In this document: one piece after another, positions 1 to 7,324 of the stretch
Layout: each line of letters opens with the position of its first letter
Numbering within the stretch: the first letter of the stretch is position 1
Source: Burkholderiales bacterium
GTDB taxonomy: Bacteria > Pseudomonadota > Gammaproteobacteria > Burkholderiales > Burkholderiaceae_C
Assembly: GCA_031419575.1 (NCBI GenBank)
Contig: JANOLC010000329.1
Coordinates: forward strand, 1 to 33,042
Length of the DNA: 33,042 bases
Reading direction: 5' to 3'
Made by a program: the position numbers and the translations under genes
Notes under the pieces: model-generated
Seen by the model: only the letters and a program-made list of their open reading frames with translations
What the model was told of the DNA's origin: nothing
Databases searched by the model: none

Positions 1-167
1 GGCACCGTGCCTTTGGGCGAAGCCGCCAGCAACTCGGCTGGGTTATGCCTCAATGCCACTTCTTGAAGCTGCACCGATACCCCCGCAGAGCAAAGGGCCA
101 TGCGGGCGCGGATGGCGTAGGGACACCGCCTGAACGAGTACAAAACTGGCAGAGGAAGGGTGGTCAT
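1..167 (-). CDS. GST N-terminal-domain / glutaredoxin-2-like protein, 5' part only (continues past the window edge)
   Basis: Hand translation of the minus strand from the ATG at 167-165 gives MTTLPLPVLYSFRRCPYAIRARMALCSAGVSVQLQEVALRHNPAELLAASPKGTV, open to position 1. The YSFRRCPYA...SPKGTVP pattern is typical of the thioredoxin-fold N-terminus of GST-like proteins. It is absent from the ORF track because it has no stop in the window. No clear Shine-Dalgarno sequence. Confidence 0.6.
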   Translation of the reverse strand, partial: MTTLPLPVLYSFRRCPYAIRARMALCSAGVSVQLQEVALRHNPAELLAASPKGTV

Positions 168-571
168 GTCACTGGCGCGAACCGCATTGGAGTGGGGATG
201 AATTCATTCAGGGCCATGGGGGGCGTATTACCCGTCCAAATCAGCATGTTTTGCACCAACGCCACGGGAATCGTCATGCTTTTATTTGCCATGGGGGCCT
301 GGTGCTTTAAAAGCTCGCGTCAAGGTGGAAGGGCTCGAGCGGTTAGAACAATCGGAGTGGCTGGAATGGCTATAAATTGGGCTGAATTTGCAATGCCTGA
401 CCACACAATCTTAACTACCATAAAAACATGTACCTTGTATTTTCGCCTCGCTCACGGCGGTCTATGACGACATACCTGGGCGCCTTCGTGGACAAGTCCT
501 TGCCCAAATTCGCGCTGAAAGTGTTGTGACGGAGTTACATTTTTAAAACCCATTAACCTTCGTTTGAAGCC

Positions 572-1717
572 ATGAATATTCCACAAACTTCCATCCCCGC
601 TTCGCTCAGTCAAGTCACCCTGATGATGAGCCCGCGCATTCGCCGTTCACCGTTTTACGAGGCCACTGTGCGTGATGGGGTGACGCATTTCACGGTTTAT
701 AACAAGATGCTGATGCCGACCTCGTTTGGCAATCTGGCGGCTGAACTGCATCGGTTGATGCACGGCGTGGCCATGTGGGACGTGGCGGTAGAGCGGCAGG
801 TTGAAGTATCTGGCCCGGATGCAGATCGGCTGGTTCAACACTTGAGTGCCCGCGACTTGTCAAAGATGGTGGTGGGGCAGGGAAAGTATGTTGCGATGTG
901 TGATCACCAAGGGCGGATTTTGAATGACCCGGTGCTGCTCAAGCTGTCTGATCGGTACTGGTTCTCATTGGCTGACAGCGACATGTTGTTGTGGGTTCGG
1001 GCCGTGGCCGGCGAGGGTGGTTTCGATGTGAACGTGTGTGAGCCCGATGTATCTCCATTGGCGATTCAGGGCCCCAGAGCCGAGGACGTTGTGGCTTTGC
1101 TATTTGGCGAGTCCATTCGCAAAATCAAGTTTTTTGGGTGTGTTGAGACCAGTCTTGAGGATATTCCCGTGGTTATTTGTCGCTCCGGCTGGAGCAAGCA
1201 GGGCGGGTTTGAGCTCTTCCTGCGCGACGGCAGCAAAGGAGATCAACTTTGGGCGCTGGTCAAGACTGCGGGTCAGGCCTTCGGCATTGGACCCGGCAGC
1301 CCCAATCATATTGAGCGAGTTGAAAGTGGCTTGTTGTCTTGGGGTGGCGACACCACACCTGACAGCAACCCGTTTGAGGCCAACATGGGCAAATACGTCG
1401 ACGTGGATACCCCAGTCAATTACATCGGCAAAGCGGCCTTGCAGCGGATTGCCGCTGAAGGACCCCAACGCTTGTTCGTCGGGCTGATTCTGGATGGTAA
1501 TGCCCCCTCGGCGTGGCCATTGATTGAGCGAGTTCCTGTGATGGCCAGCGGTAAAGTCGTTGGAACCCTGTCCGCCGTTGTTTACTCGCCAAGATTGGGC
1601 CGCACCATCGGGCTGGCACAAATTGACCGTCAAACGGTGGATTCAGGCACACCACTGCTCGTGCAGGCACCCAATGGAGTGCAAGGCGCCGTGCTGTCGC
1701 CACTGCCCTTTGTTTGA
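572..1717 (+). CDS. GcvT-family folate-dependent aminomethyltransferase (DmdA-like demethylase subfamily)
   Basis: 381-aa ORF. Segments RIRRSPFYE, VYNKMLMPTSF, WDVAVERQVEVSGPDA, LAIQGPRA and GWSKQGGFELF resemble glycine-cleavage T protein and DMSP-demethylase-type enzymes. Assigned from memory of the family. Substrate unknown. Confidence 0.8.
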   Translation: MNIPQTSIPASLSQVTLMMSPRIRRSPFYEATVRDGVTHFTVYNKMLMPTSFGNLAAELHRLMHGVAMWDVAVERQVEVSGPDADRLVQHLSARDLSKMVVGQGKYVAMCDHQGRILNDPVLLKLSDRYWFSLADSDMLLWVRAVAGEGGFDVNVCEPDVSPLAIQGPRAEDVVALLFGESIRKIKFFGCVETSLEDIPVVICRSGWSKQGGFELFLRDGSKGDQLWALVKTAGQAFGIGPGSPNHIERVESGLLSWGGDTTPDSNPFEANMGKYVDVDTPVNYIGKAALQRIAAEGPQRLFVGLILDGNAPSAWPLIERVPVMASGKVVGTLSAVVYSPRLGRTIGLAQIDRQTVDSGTPLLVQAPNGVQGAVLSPLPFV

Positions 1718-1765
1718 GGCAGATTCATCTGTTTAAAAGAGGCGGCAGACAAAAAGGGCGACTAC

Positions 1766-1795
1766 TTGCGGTAAATTAAGTTCTGGCAATATACT
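1766..1795 (+). promoter_or_regulatory. Candidate sigma70 promoter of imuA (-35 TTGCGG, 18-nt spacer, -10 TATACT)
   Basis: TTGCGG at 1766-1771 and TATACT at 1790-1795. The -10 element overlaps the LexA box. Pattern match only. Confidence 0.4.
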
Positions 1796-1811
1796 GGTTA
1801 TTTAATCAGTA
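1792..1811 (+). promoter_or_regulatory. LexA (SOS) box TACTGGTTATTTAATCAGTA
   Basis: A 20-nt palindrome with perfect TACTG...CAGTA arms (CTG-N10-CAG), matching the beta/gammaproteobacterial LexA consensus TACTG(TA)5CAGTA. It lies 3 nt upstream of the imuA ATG. imuA-imuB-dnaE2 cassettes are classically LexA-regulated. Confidence 0.75.
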
Positions 1812-1814
1812 TTC

Positions 1815-2633
1815 ATGGGAAACCCTTTACCTGTGCCATTCGCCAAAGAGCTACCTTCCGTCTGGCGGGCCGATGAACTGGCACGTCCGGTGGGTGCTGT
1901 GGTGGCCACCGGGCACGCCGTGCTGGACGCCCAGTTGCCTGCGGGCGGCTGGCCGATTGGCTCGATGGTGGAGGTTTTGCAGGCCCACAGTGGGCAAGGC
2001 GAATGGCGTCTGTTGTTGCCTGGGTTGGTCCGCACGGCAGACGGCCCCTTGGTGCTGGTGGGTGCACCTCATGTGCCGTTTGGGCCGGGGCTGGTCGGCC
2101 AGGGCCTGAGCCCGCAGCGGCTGCTGTGCATCAATACCGCCGCGCCCGCTACCCGCCTGTGGGCCACCGAGCAGGCGCTGCGCTGCAAGGAGGTGGTGGC
2201 CGTGCTGGCCTGGCTGCCGCAAGTGCGGGCCGACCAGTTGCGACGCCTGCAAATCGCCGCCGCTGAGCACGCCAAGCTGTTGTTTGTAATGCGTCCGGCG
2301 CAGGCGCAAAGCGAGCCCTCTCCCGCCGTGCTGCGGCTGTTGCTGTCCCTGCAGGCTGGCAGCGACGCGCTGATGCTGCACATCTTGAAGCGGCGCGGCC
2401 CGCCGTTAGAGCAACCGCTGGTGCTGCCTGCTCGGGCTGCGCGCTTGTCAGCACTGCTGACCTTGAGCCGGGAGCGTGGCGTGGGGCTTGGTCAAACCGA
2501 TAAGAGGCTTGTTTCCACTGCCGATTTCACGGCCACCTCCAAAGCTGACTCTGCGGCCGCCTCCACGGTCATTCCGATTCACGTGCTCAAACGACAAGAC
2601 CATGCACTGGATCGCATTGCAGCTGCAGCCTGA
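1815..2633 (+). CDS. imuA: ImuA, RecA/SulA-like translesion-synthesis accessory protein
   Basis: 272 aa. N-terminal VWRADEL...TGHAVLDAQLPAGGWPIGSMVEVL is the ImuA signature. It is the first gene of an imuA-imuB-dnaE2 cassette and has a LexA box directly upstream. Confidence 0.85.
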   Translation: MGNPLPVPFAKELPSVWRADELARPVGAVVATGHAVLDAQLPAGGWPIGSMVEVLQAHSGQGEWRLLLPGLVRTADGPLVLVGAPHVPFGPGLVGQGLSPQRLLCINTAAPATRLWATEQALRCKEVVAVLAWLPQVRADQLRRLQIAAAEHAKLLFVMRPAQAQSEPSPAVLRLLLSLQAGSDALMLHILKRRGPPLEQPLVLPARAARLSALLTLSRERGVGLGQTDKRLVSTADFTATSKADSAAASTVIPIHVLKRQDHALDRIAAAA

Positions 2634-4032
2634 AGCGTTGGCCGATGCCCTGCATGATGGCTTGCCCGGTGCCCTGGCAGACCCGCTCACCGCCCTGGGT
2701 TGGTGGGCTTTGCAGTTCACCCCCAAAGTGGCGCGCGCGGGGTTGGATCAAGCGCAAGACCTGCTGGTTTTGGAGGTGTTGGCCAGCGAGCGACTGTTTG
2801 GAGGGCGGCAACAGCTTCTACAGCAAATGTTTGAGATAAATAAGCCTGTAGTCCCCGTCAAGTATGCACGGGGCGCTACTTCTTTAATAGCAATAGCCAG
2901 ACTGAAATCACTCCAATCCTTACCCGCCAGCCAGCCTAATGACCTGTCGCTTGCCACACTGGCAGCCGCCCACCCCCACCTGCCCACGCTGGCGCGCATC
3001 GGTTGCACCCACTGGGGACACTTGCGTGCGCTGCCGCGTGGCGGCGTGGTACGGCGCTTTGGCGCAGATTTGCTGGATGCGCTGGACTGCGCCTATGGCC
3101 TCAAACCCGAGCTGTACCCCTGGTTGGTGTTGCCCGAGGTATTTGAGGCCCAACTGGAGTTGCTCGCCCAGGTTGAGACTGCACCCGCCCTGATGTTCGG
3201 CGCACGCCGCCTGCTCAACCAGTTGCAGGCCTGGCTGCAAATGCGCCAGTGCGGCGTTCTGGCGTTAGAGCTGGGCTGGACCATGGACGCGCGGCGCAAC
3301 ACGGCCACCACCGGGGAACTGGTGGTACGCACGGCACAGCCCACGCTGGACATGGCCCACCTGCAACGCCTGCTGTCTGAAAACTTGGCCCGCATCACGC
3401 TGCCTGCCCCCGTGTTATCCCTGCACTTGCGCACGCTGGAAACTGGCAAGCTGGGAAATCAAAGCCTCAGTTTGCTGCCCGACGCGCAGCGTCCTGGCGA
3501 CAGCCTGCACCACCTGTTAGAGCGTCTGAGTGCCCGGCTGGGGCCAGAGAACGTGTTGCACTGCGAAGCCCACGCGGATCACCGGCCCGAGCACATGCAG
3601 GTGTGGCAACCCATCTCATCCACTTCTAAATTAGTAGCAAACTATTTATATTTAACGGGGACTTCAGGCCTAAATGATGCACAAATCAGGAAAAAAAAGT
3701 CAGCAAAGCCGTCAAAAACCACAGAGTCGGCCGGCGACGCGCTGTATCCCACCTGGCTGCTGGCCCGGCCCCTGAAGTTGGCCGTGCATCACAACACGCC
3801 CGTCTATCAAGGCCCGCTGACCCTGCTGGCGGGGCCGCAGCGGCTGGAGGCCGGATGGTGGAGCGCTACGACGGCCCTGCGCGACTACTTTCTGGCGCAT
3901 AGCGAGCAGATGGGGCTGCTGTGGATTTACCGGGAGCGGTTGACGGCGGCGCCAAAGCCACAGGCGCAGTCCAGCGGGCAGAGCGAGGCTGGCTCGGGAC
4001 CGGACTGGTATTTGCATGGCTTGTTTGGATAG
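2602..4032 (+). CDS. imuB: ImuB, Y-family-polymerase-like protein of the SOS mutagenesis cassette
   Basis: Start set at ATG 2602 (MHWIALQLQPEAL, a typical ImuB N-terminus) rather than the ORF-track start at 2476. It overlaps imuA by 32 nt. The protein contains LEVLASERLFGG. It sits between imuA and dnaE2 and carries two AT-rich repeat insertions (about 2838-2915 and 3613-3722) that stay in frame. Confidence 0.85.
   Translation: MHWIALQLQPEALADALHDGLPGALADPLTALGWWALQFTPKVARAGLDQAQDLLVLEVLASERLFGGRQQLLQQMFEINKPVVPVKYARGATSLIAIARLKSLQSLPASQPNDLSLATLAAAHPHLPTLARIGCTHWGHLRALPRGGVVRRFGADLLDALDCAYGLKPELYPWLVLPEVFEAQLELLAQVETAPALMFGARRLLNQLQAWLQMRQCGVLALELGWTMDARRNTATTGELVVRTAQPTLDMAHLQRLLSENLARITLPAPVLSLHLRTLETGKLGNQSLSLLPDAQRPGDSLHHLLERLSARLGPENVLHCEAHADHRPEHMQVWQPISSTSKLVANYLYLTGTSGLNDAQIRKKKSAKPSKTTESAGDALYPTWLLARPLKLAVHHNTPVYQGPLTLLAGPQRLEAGWWSATTALRDYFLAHSEQMGLLWIYRERLTAAPKPQAQSSGQSEAGSGPDWYLHGLFG
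2849..2893 (-). repeat. Repeat copy A (core, reverse orientation, partly diverged), inside imuB
   Basis: The reverse complement reads TTGCT-ATTAAAGAAGT-AGCGC-CCCGTGCATACTTG-ACGGGGACTA, with the same 5/11/5/14/10 spacing as the other copies. The right flank CAGGC is shared with copy B. It is an AT-rich island in a roughly 70% GC gene, translated as PVVPVKYARGATSLIAIA. Confidence 0.65.
3620..3664 (+). repeat. Repeat copy B (core), inside imuB
   Basis: CCACT-TCTAAATTAGT-AGCAA-ACTATTTATATTTA-ACGGGGACTT. The AT-rich flank extends to about 3722. Translated in frame as SKLVANYLYLTGTSGLNDAQIRKKK. Confidence 0.8.
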
Positions 4033-4051
4033 CAAGGTGGAGACAGCGTGC

Positions 4052-7000
4052 ATGACCATTGCCCCCGCCTACGCCGAGCTGCATTGCCTCACCAACTTTA
4101 GCTTCCAGCGCGGTGCCTCGCACGCGGAGGAGCTGGTGGCGCGTGCCCACGCACTGGGCTACGCGGCGCTGGCCATCACGGATGAATGCTCGGTGGCGGG
4201 TGTGGTGCGCGCGCATGTGGCGGCCAAAAAGTGGGGCTTGAAGTTGCTGCCGGGGGCCGAGTTCATCTTCCCCGATGGTTTCAAGCTCATCGCTTTACCG
4301 CACAACCTGGTGGGCTGGGGCAACCTGTGTGAATTCATCACCGCAGCGCGGCGTGCGGCCCCCAAAGGCGCGTATGAACTGAGCTGGGAACACAGCGATT
4401 TTGACCTGCTGGATGCGTGTGAAATTTTGTTGACGCCACCCCGAGTTGCTATTAATTTTGAAGCGATATATGCCCGCTGCATGCGGACTTCGGTCTTGTT
4501 TGGCACCAGACTTTGGCTGGCAGTTGAGTTGTTGCACAGTTTGGACGATGACCTTTGGCTGCACACCCTGACGCGTGTGTCTGTGCTGTTGGACGTGCCA
4601 CTGGTGGCGGCGGGCAACGTACACATGCATGTGCGTTCGCGCAAGCCGCTGCAGGATGTGATCACGGCGGTGCGCCTGGGCCGTTCGGTGGCTGAGTGCG
4701 GTTATGAATTGCAGGCCAATGCCGAGGCCCACCTGCGAGCACGCCAGCGGCTCGCTGCTATTTACCCACTCGAGTTGCTGGCCAACACGCTGGCCGTGGC
4801 CGCGCGCTGTAGTTTCAGCCTGGATGAGCTGCGTTACCAGTACCCGGTGGAAACCGTGTTGCCGGGCCTGAGTCCCGCGCAGACCCTGCGGCATTTCACG
4901 GATGAAGGTGCGCTGGAGCGTTACCCGACAGGTATGCCAGGGAAGGTGCAGCAGCAGGTGGCGAACGAGCTGGCGCTGATCACCGAGTTGAAGTACGAGA
5001 TGTACTTTTTGACGGTGTTTGACATCGTGCATTTCGCTCGCAGCATCGGCATCCTGTGCCAGGGCCGCGGTTCGGCGGCCAATTCGGCTGTGTGTTACTG
5101 CCTGGGTATTACCGAGGTCAATCCGGTCGACGGCAACCTGCTTTTTGCGCGGTTCATCTCCAGAGAGCGCAACGAGCCGCCCGACATCGACGTGGACTTT
5201 GAACACGACCGGCGTGAAGAGGTCATCCAGTACATCTATCAAAAATATGGCCGTGAGCGTGCTGCGATTGCGGCCACCGTGGTCACCTACCGGCCCCGCA
5301 GCGCCATCCGTGATGTGGGCAAGGCGCTGGGCGTGGCGGACGACCTGATCGACCGCTTTGCCAAGGAGCATTTCTGGTTTGATGGCGGCGTGATGCACGA
5401 GCATGCGTTGACCGAATGGTTATCCGTTCGCCCTGAGCTCAACCCGAACGCAAGCAACACAACGTTTGTTCATAGCCGTGACAACATTCAGCAATGGCTG
5501 GAGCTCACCAAACAGTTGCTGGGTTTCCCCCGTCACCTGAGCCAGCATGTGGGTGGCTTCGTGTTGACGCAGGGAAAACTCACGCGCCTGGTGCCGGTGG
5601 AGAACGCGAGTATGGTCGATCGGTCCATCATCCAGTGGGACAAGGACGATCTCGATGCGGTGGGCCTGCTCAAGGTCGATGTGCTGGCCCTGGGCATGCT
5701 CAGTGCCATCCGCCGCTGCCTGGAACTGGTCGGCCAGCAGCGCGGCACCACGATGCGCATGCAGGACGTTCCCCGGGAAGACAAAGCCACTTACGACATG
5801 ATCTGCGCCGCCGACACCGTGGGCGTGTTCCAGATCGAAAGCCGCGCACAGATGAGCATGTTGCCGCGCCTCAAACCCCGCGAGTTTTACGACCTGGTGG
5901 TCGAGGTGGCCATTGTGCGCCCCGGCCCCATTCAGGGTGGCATGGTGCACCCTTACCTCAAGGCCCGACAGGATCGTGAGAATGTGAAGTACCCCAGCGA
6001 TGCATTGAAACAGGCGCTGGAGCGTACCCTGGGCATTCCGATTTTTCAGGAGCAGGTGATGCAGATCGCCATCCTGGCGGCTGACTTTTCACCGGGTGAG
6101 GCCGATGAGCTGCGCCGCTCCATGGCCGCGTGGAAACGCTCAGGCGGTGTGCACAAGTTTCACGACCGGCTGGTGCTTCAGATGGTCAAAAACGGCTACC
6201 AGCCTGAGTTTGCCGAGAACATCTTCAAGCAAATCCTGGGCTTTGGTGAATATGGGTTTCCTGAAAGCCACGCCGCCAGTTTTGCGCAACTGGCCTACGT
6301 GAGCAGCTGGCTCAAATGCCATGAGCCCGCCTGTTTCTTGACCGCCCTGCTCAACTCACAACCCATGGGGTTCTATCCTGCCCCGCAACTTGTCTACGAC
6401 GCCAAACGCCATGGTGTGGAAGTGCGCGCCGTGGATGTCATGCGCAGCGGCTGGGACTGCACGCTGGAGCCCCTTGTCGGAATCAGCCAAGCCCCTGTCC
6501 GTCTTGGCTTCAATCTGGTCTCCGGCCTGAACCAGTCTGCCGCAGAGCGCATCGTCACTGCGCGAGCAGAAGCCCCCTTCACCAGCACCGAAGACCTGGC
6601 CCTGCGCGCCGCCCTCGCCGCTGGTGACCTCAAAGCCCTGGCCAGTGCCGACGCCCTGGCCGCACTCTCTGGTCACCGCCGCCAGCAGGTGTGGGACGCA
6701 TCAGCCCTCAAACCCGCCCCACCCCTGCTCAGAAGCGTGCCAGTCCATGAAGTGCCCCTGCTGCTGGATGCCGCCAGCGAAGTCGAGGAGGTGGGGTTTG
6801 ACTACGCCTCTATCGGTCTTACCTTGCGCCGTCACCCGCTGGCCATTCTGCGCGAACCCTTGACCCGCATGAAGCTGCTCACCGCCGCCCAGATGCACGA
6901 CCTCCCCCATGGCCGGCGGGTGCGCGCCTGTGGCATCGTCACCGCGCGCCAGCAGCCGCCCACCGCCAAGGGCGTGGTCTTCATCACCTTGGAGGACGAA

Positions 7001-7243
7001 ACCGGCACCGTGAACGTGATTGTGTGGAAGCGCCAGCGCGAAAAACAGCGCGAGCAAGTGCTCAAGTCACGCCTACTGGCGGTGGTGGGGGTGTGGCAGC
7101 GCAATACGGAAGATGCAGAAGAAGATAAAGCGAATCCTTCGGGGAAGCACCAGGGTGAAGTCCGCCACCTGATCGCTCACCACCTGATTGACCTTAGCCA
7201 CCTGTTGGGTGAACTGGCGACCCAGAGCCGGGAGTTTCATTGA
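4052..7243 (+). CDS. dnaE2: Error-prone DNA polymerase DnaE2 (ImuC)
   Basis: Start set at ATG 4052 with the Shine-Dalgarno sequence AAGGTGGAG at 4034-4042. The N-terminus YAELHCLTNFSFQRGAS is the PHP domain. Pol III alpha core motifs are present (GRGSAANSAVCYCLGIT, PPDIDVDFE, FQIESRAQM). About 1063 aa, and last gene of the imuAB-dnaE2 cassette. Confidence 0.95.
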   Translation: MTIAPAYAELHCLTNFSFQRGASHAEELVARAHALGYAALAITDECSVAGVVRAHVAAKKWGLKLLPGAEFIFPDGFKLIALPHNLVGWGNLCEFITAARRAAPKGAYELSWEHSDFDLLDACEILLTPPRVAINFEAIYARCMRTSVLFGTRLWLAVELLHSLDDDLWLHTLTRVSVLLDVPLVAAGNVHMHVRSRKPLQDVITAVRLGRSVAECGYELQANAEAHLRARQRLAAIYPLELLANTLAVAARCSFSLDELRYQYPVETVLPGLSPAQTLRHFTDEGALERYPTGMPGKVQQQVANELALITELKYEMYFLTVFDIVHFARSIGILCQGRGSAANSAVCYCLGITEVNPVDGNLLFARFISRERNEPPDIDVDFEHDRREEVIQYIYQKYGRERAAIAATVVTYRPRSAIRDVGKALGVADDLIDRFAKEHFWFDGGVMHEHALTEWLSVRPELNPNASNTTFVHSRDNIQQWLELTKQLLGFPRHLSQHVGGFVLTQGKLTRLVPVENASMVDRSIIQWDKDDLDAVGLLKVDVLALGMLSAIRRCLELVGQQRGTTMRMQDVPREDKATYDMICAADTVGVFQIESRAQMSMLPRLKPREFYDLVVEVAIVRPGPIQGGMVHPYLKARQDRENVKYPSDALKQALERTLGIPIFQEQVMQIAILAADFSPGEADELRRSMAAWKRSGGVHKFHDRLVLQMVKNGYQPEFAENIFKQILGFGEYGFPESHAASFAQLAYVSSWLKCHEPACFLTALLNSQPMGFYPAPQLVYDAKRHGVEVRAVDVMRSGWDCTLEPLVGISQAPVRLGFNLVSGLNQSAAERIVTARAEAPFTSTEDLALRAALAAGDLKALASADALAALSGHRRQQVWDASALKPAPPLLRSVPVHEVPLLLDAASEVEEVGFDYASIGLTLRRHPLAILREPLTRMKLLTAAQMHDLPHGRRVRACGIVTARQQPPTAKGVVFITLEDETGTVNVIVWKRQREKQREQVLKSRLLAVVGVWQRNTEDAEEDKANPSGKHQGEVRHLIAHHLIDLSHLLGELATQSREFH
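4446..4490 (+). repeat. Possible degenerate repeat copy F, inside dnaE2
   Basis: TTGCT-ATTAATTTTGA-AGCGA-TATATGCCCGCTGC-ATGCGGACTT. Spacing is identical to the other copies but identity to the consensus is only about 58%. It is a local AT-rich patch in a GC-rich gene. Could be chance. Confidence 0.35.
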
Positions 7244-7260
7244 CGGGAGTATTGATAATT

Positions 7261-7305
7261 TTGCTTCTAATTAAATAGCAAACGATTGAATATCAACGGG
7301 GACTT
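7261..7305 (+). repeat. Repeat copy C (core), intergenic between the convergent genes dnaE2 and betC
   Basis: TTGCT-TCTAATTAAAT-AGCAA-ACGATTGAATATCA-ACGGGGACTT. With its flanks it fills nearly the whole 81-nt spacer (7244-7324). Confidence 0.85.
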
Positions 7306-7324
7306 TCGGCCAATTTCATATCCA

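Noticed and set aside
150-310. ZTP (pfl) riboswitch-like fragments upstream of the folate-dependent aminomethyltransferase: CACTGGCGCGAAC, GGAGTGGGG...CCATGGGGGGC, CGCCACGGGAA
   Set aside because: The functional context is tempting, but the matches are partial. The conserved GACUGGCG and CGCCUGGGC elements each carry mismatches. The 5' part would overlap the start of the divergent GST-like CDS. The element would sit more than 250 nt from the ATG at 572 with no obvious expression platform. A cmsearch with Rfam RF01750 would settle it. I expect no significant hit.
45-467. 140-aa plus-strand ORF at the start of the window
   Set aside because: It overlaps the well-supported minus-strand GST-like N-terminus (1-167). 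It has no Shine-Dalgarno sequence, and its product is Arg/Gly-rich with no recognisable family. It is most likely a chance ORF spanning coding and intergenic DNA.
230-571. Glycine riboswitch upstream of the GcvT-family gene
   Set aside because: I found no tandem GGAGAG...CACCG...GGGCAA-type aptamer consensus by eye.
1851-2454. Multiple overlapping ORFs in all frames across imuA
   Set aside because: They are a consequence of roughly 70% GC content. Only the 1815-2633 frame gives an ImuA-like protein.
2476-2601. Upstream extension of imuB (ORF-track start at 2476)
   Set aside because: The extension (MAWGLVKPIRGLFPLPISRPPPK...) overlaps imuA in another frame and has no ImuB similarity. ATG 2602 gives the typical ImuB N-terminus.
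4295-5404. 369-aa ORF antisense to dnaE2
   Set aside because: It is fully contained antisense within a strongly supported gene. Its Arg/His/Gln/Val-rich composition is typical of shadow ORFs in high-GC DNA.
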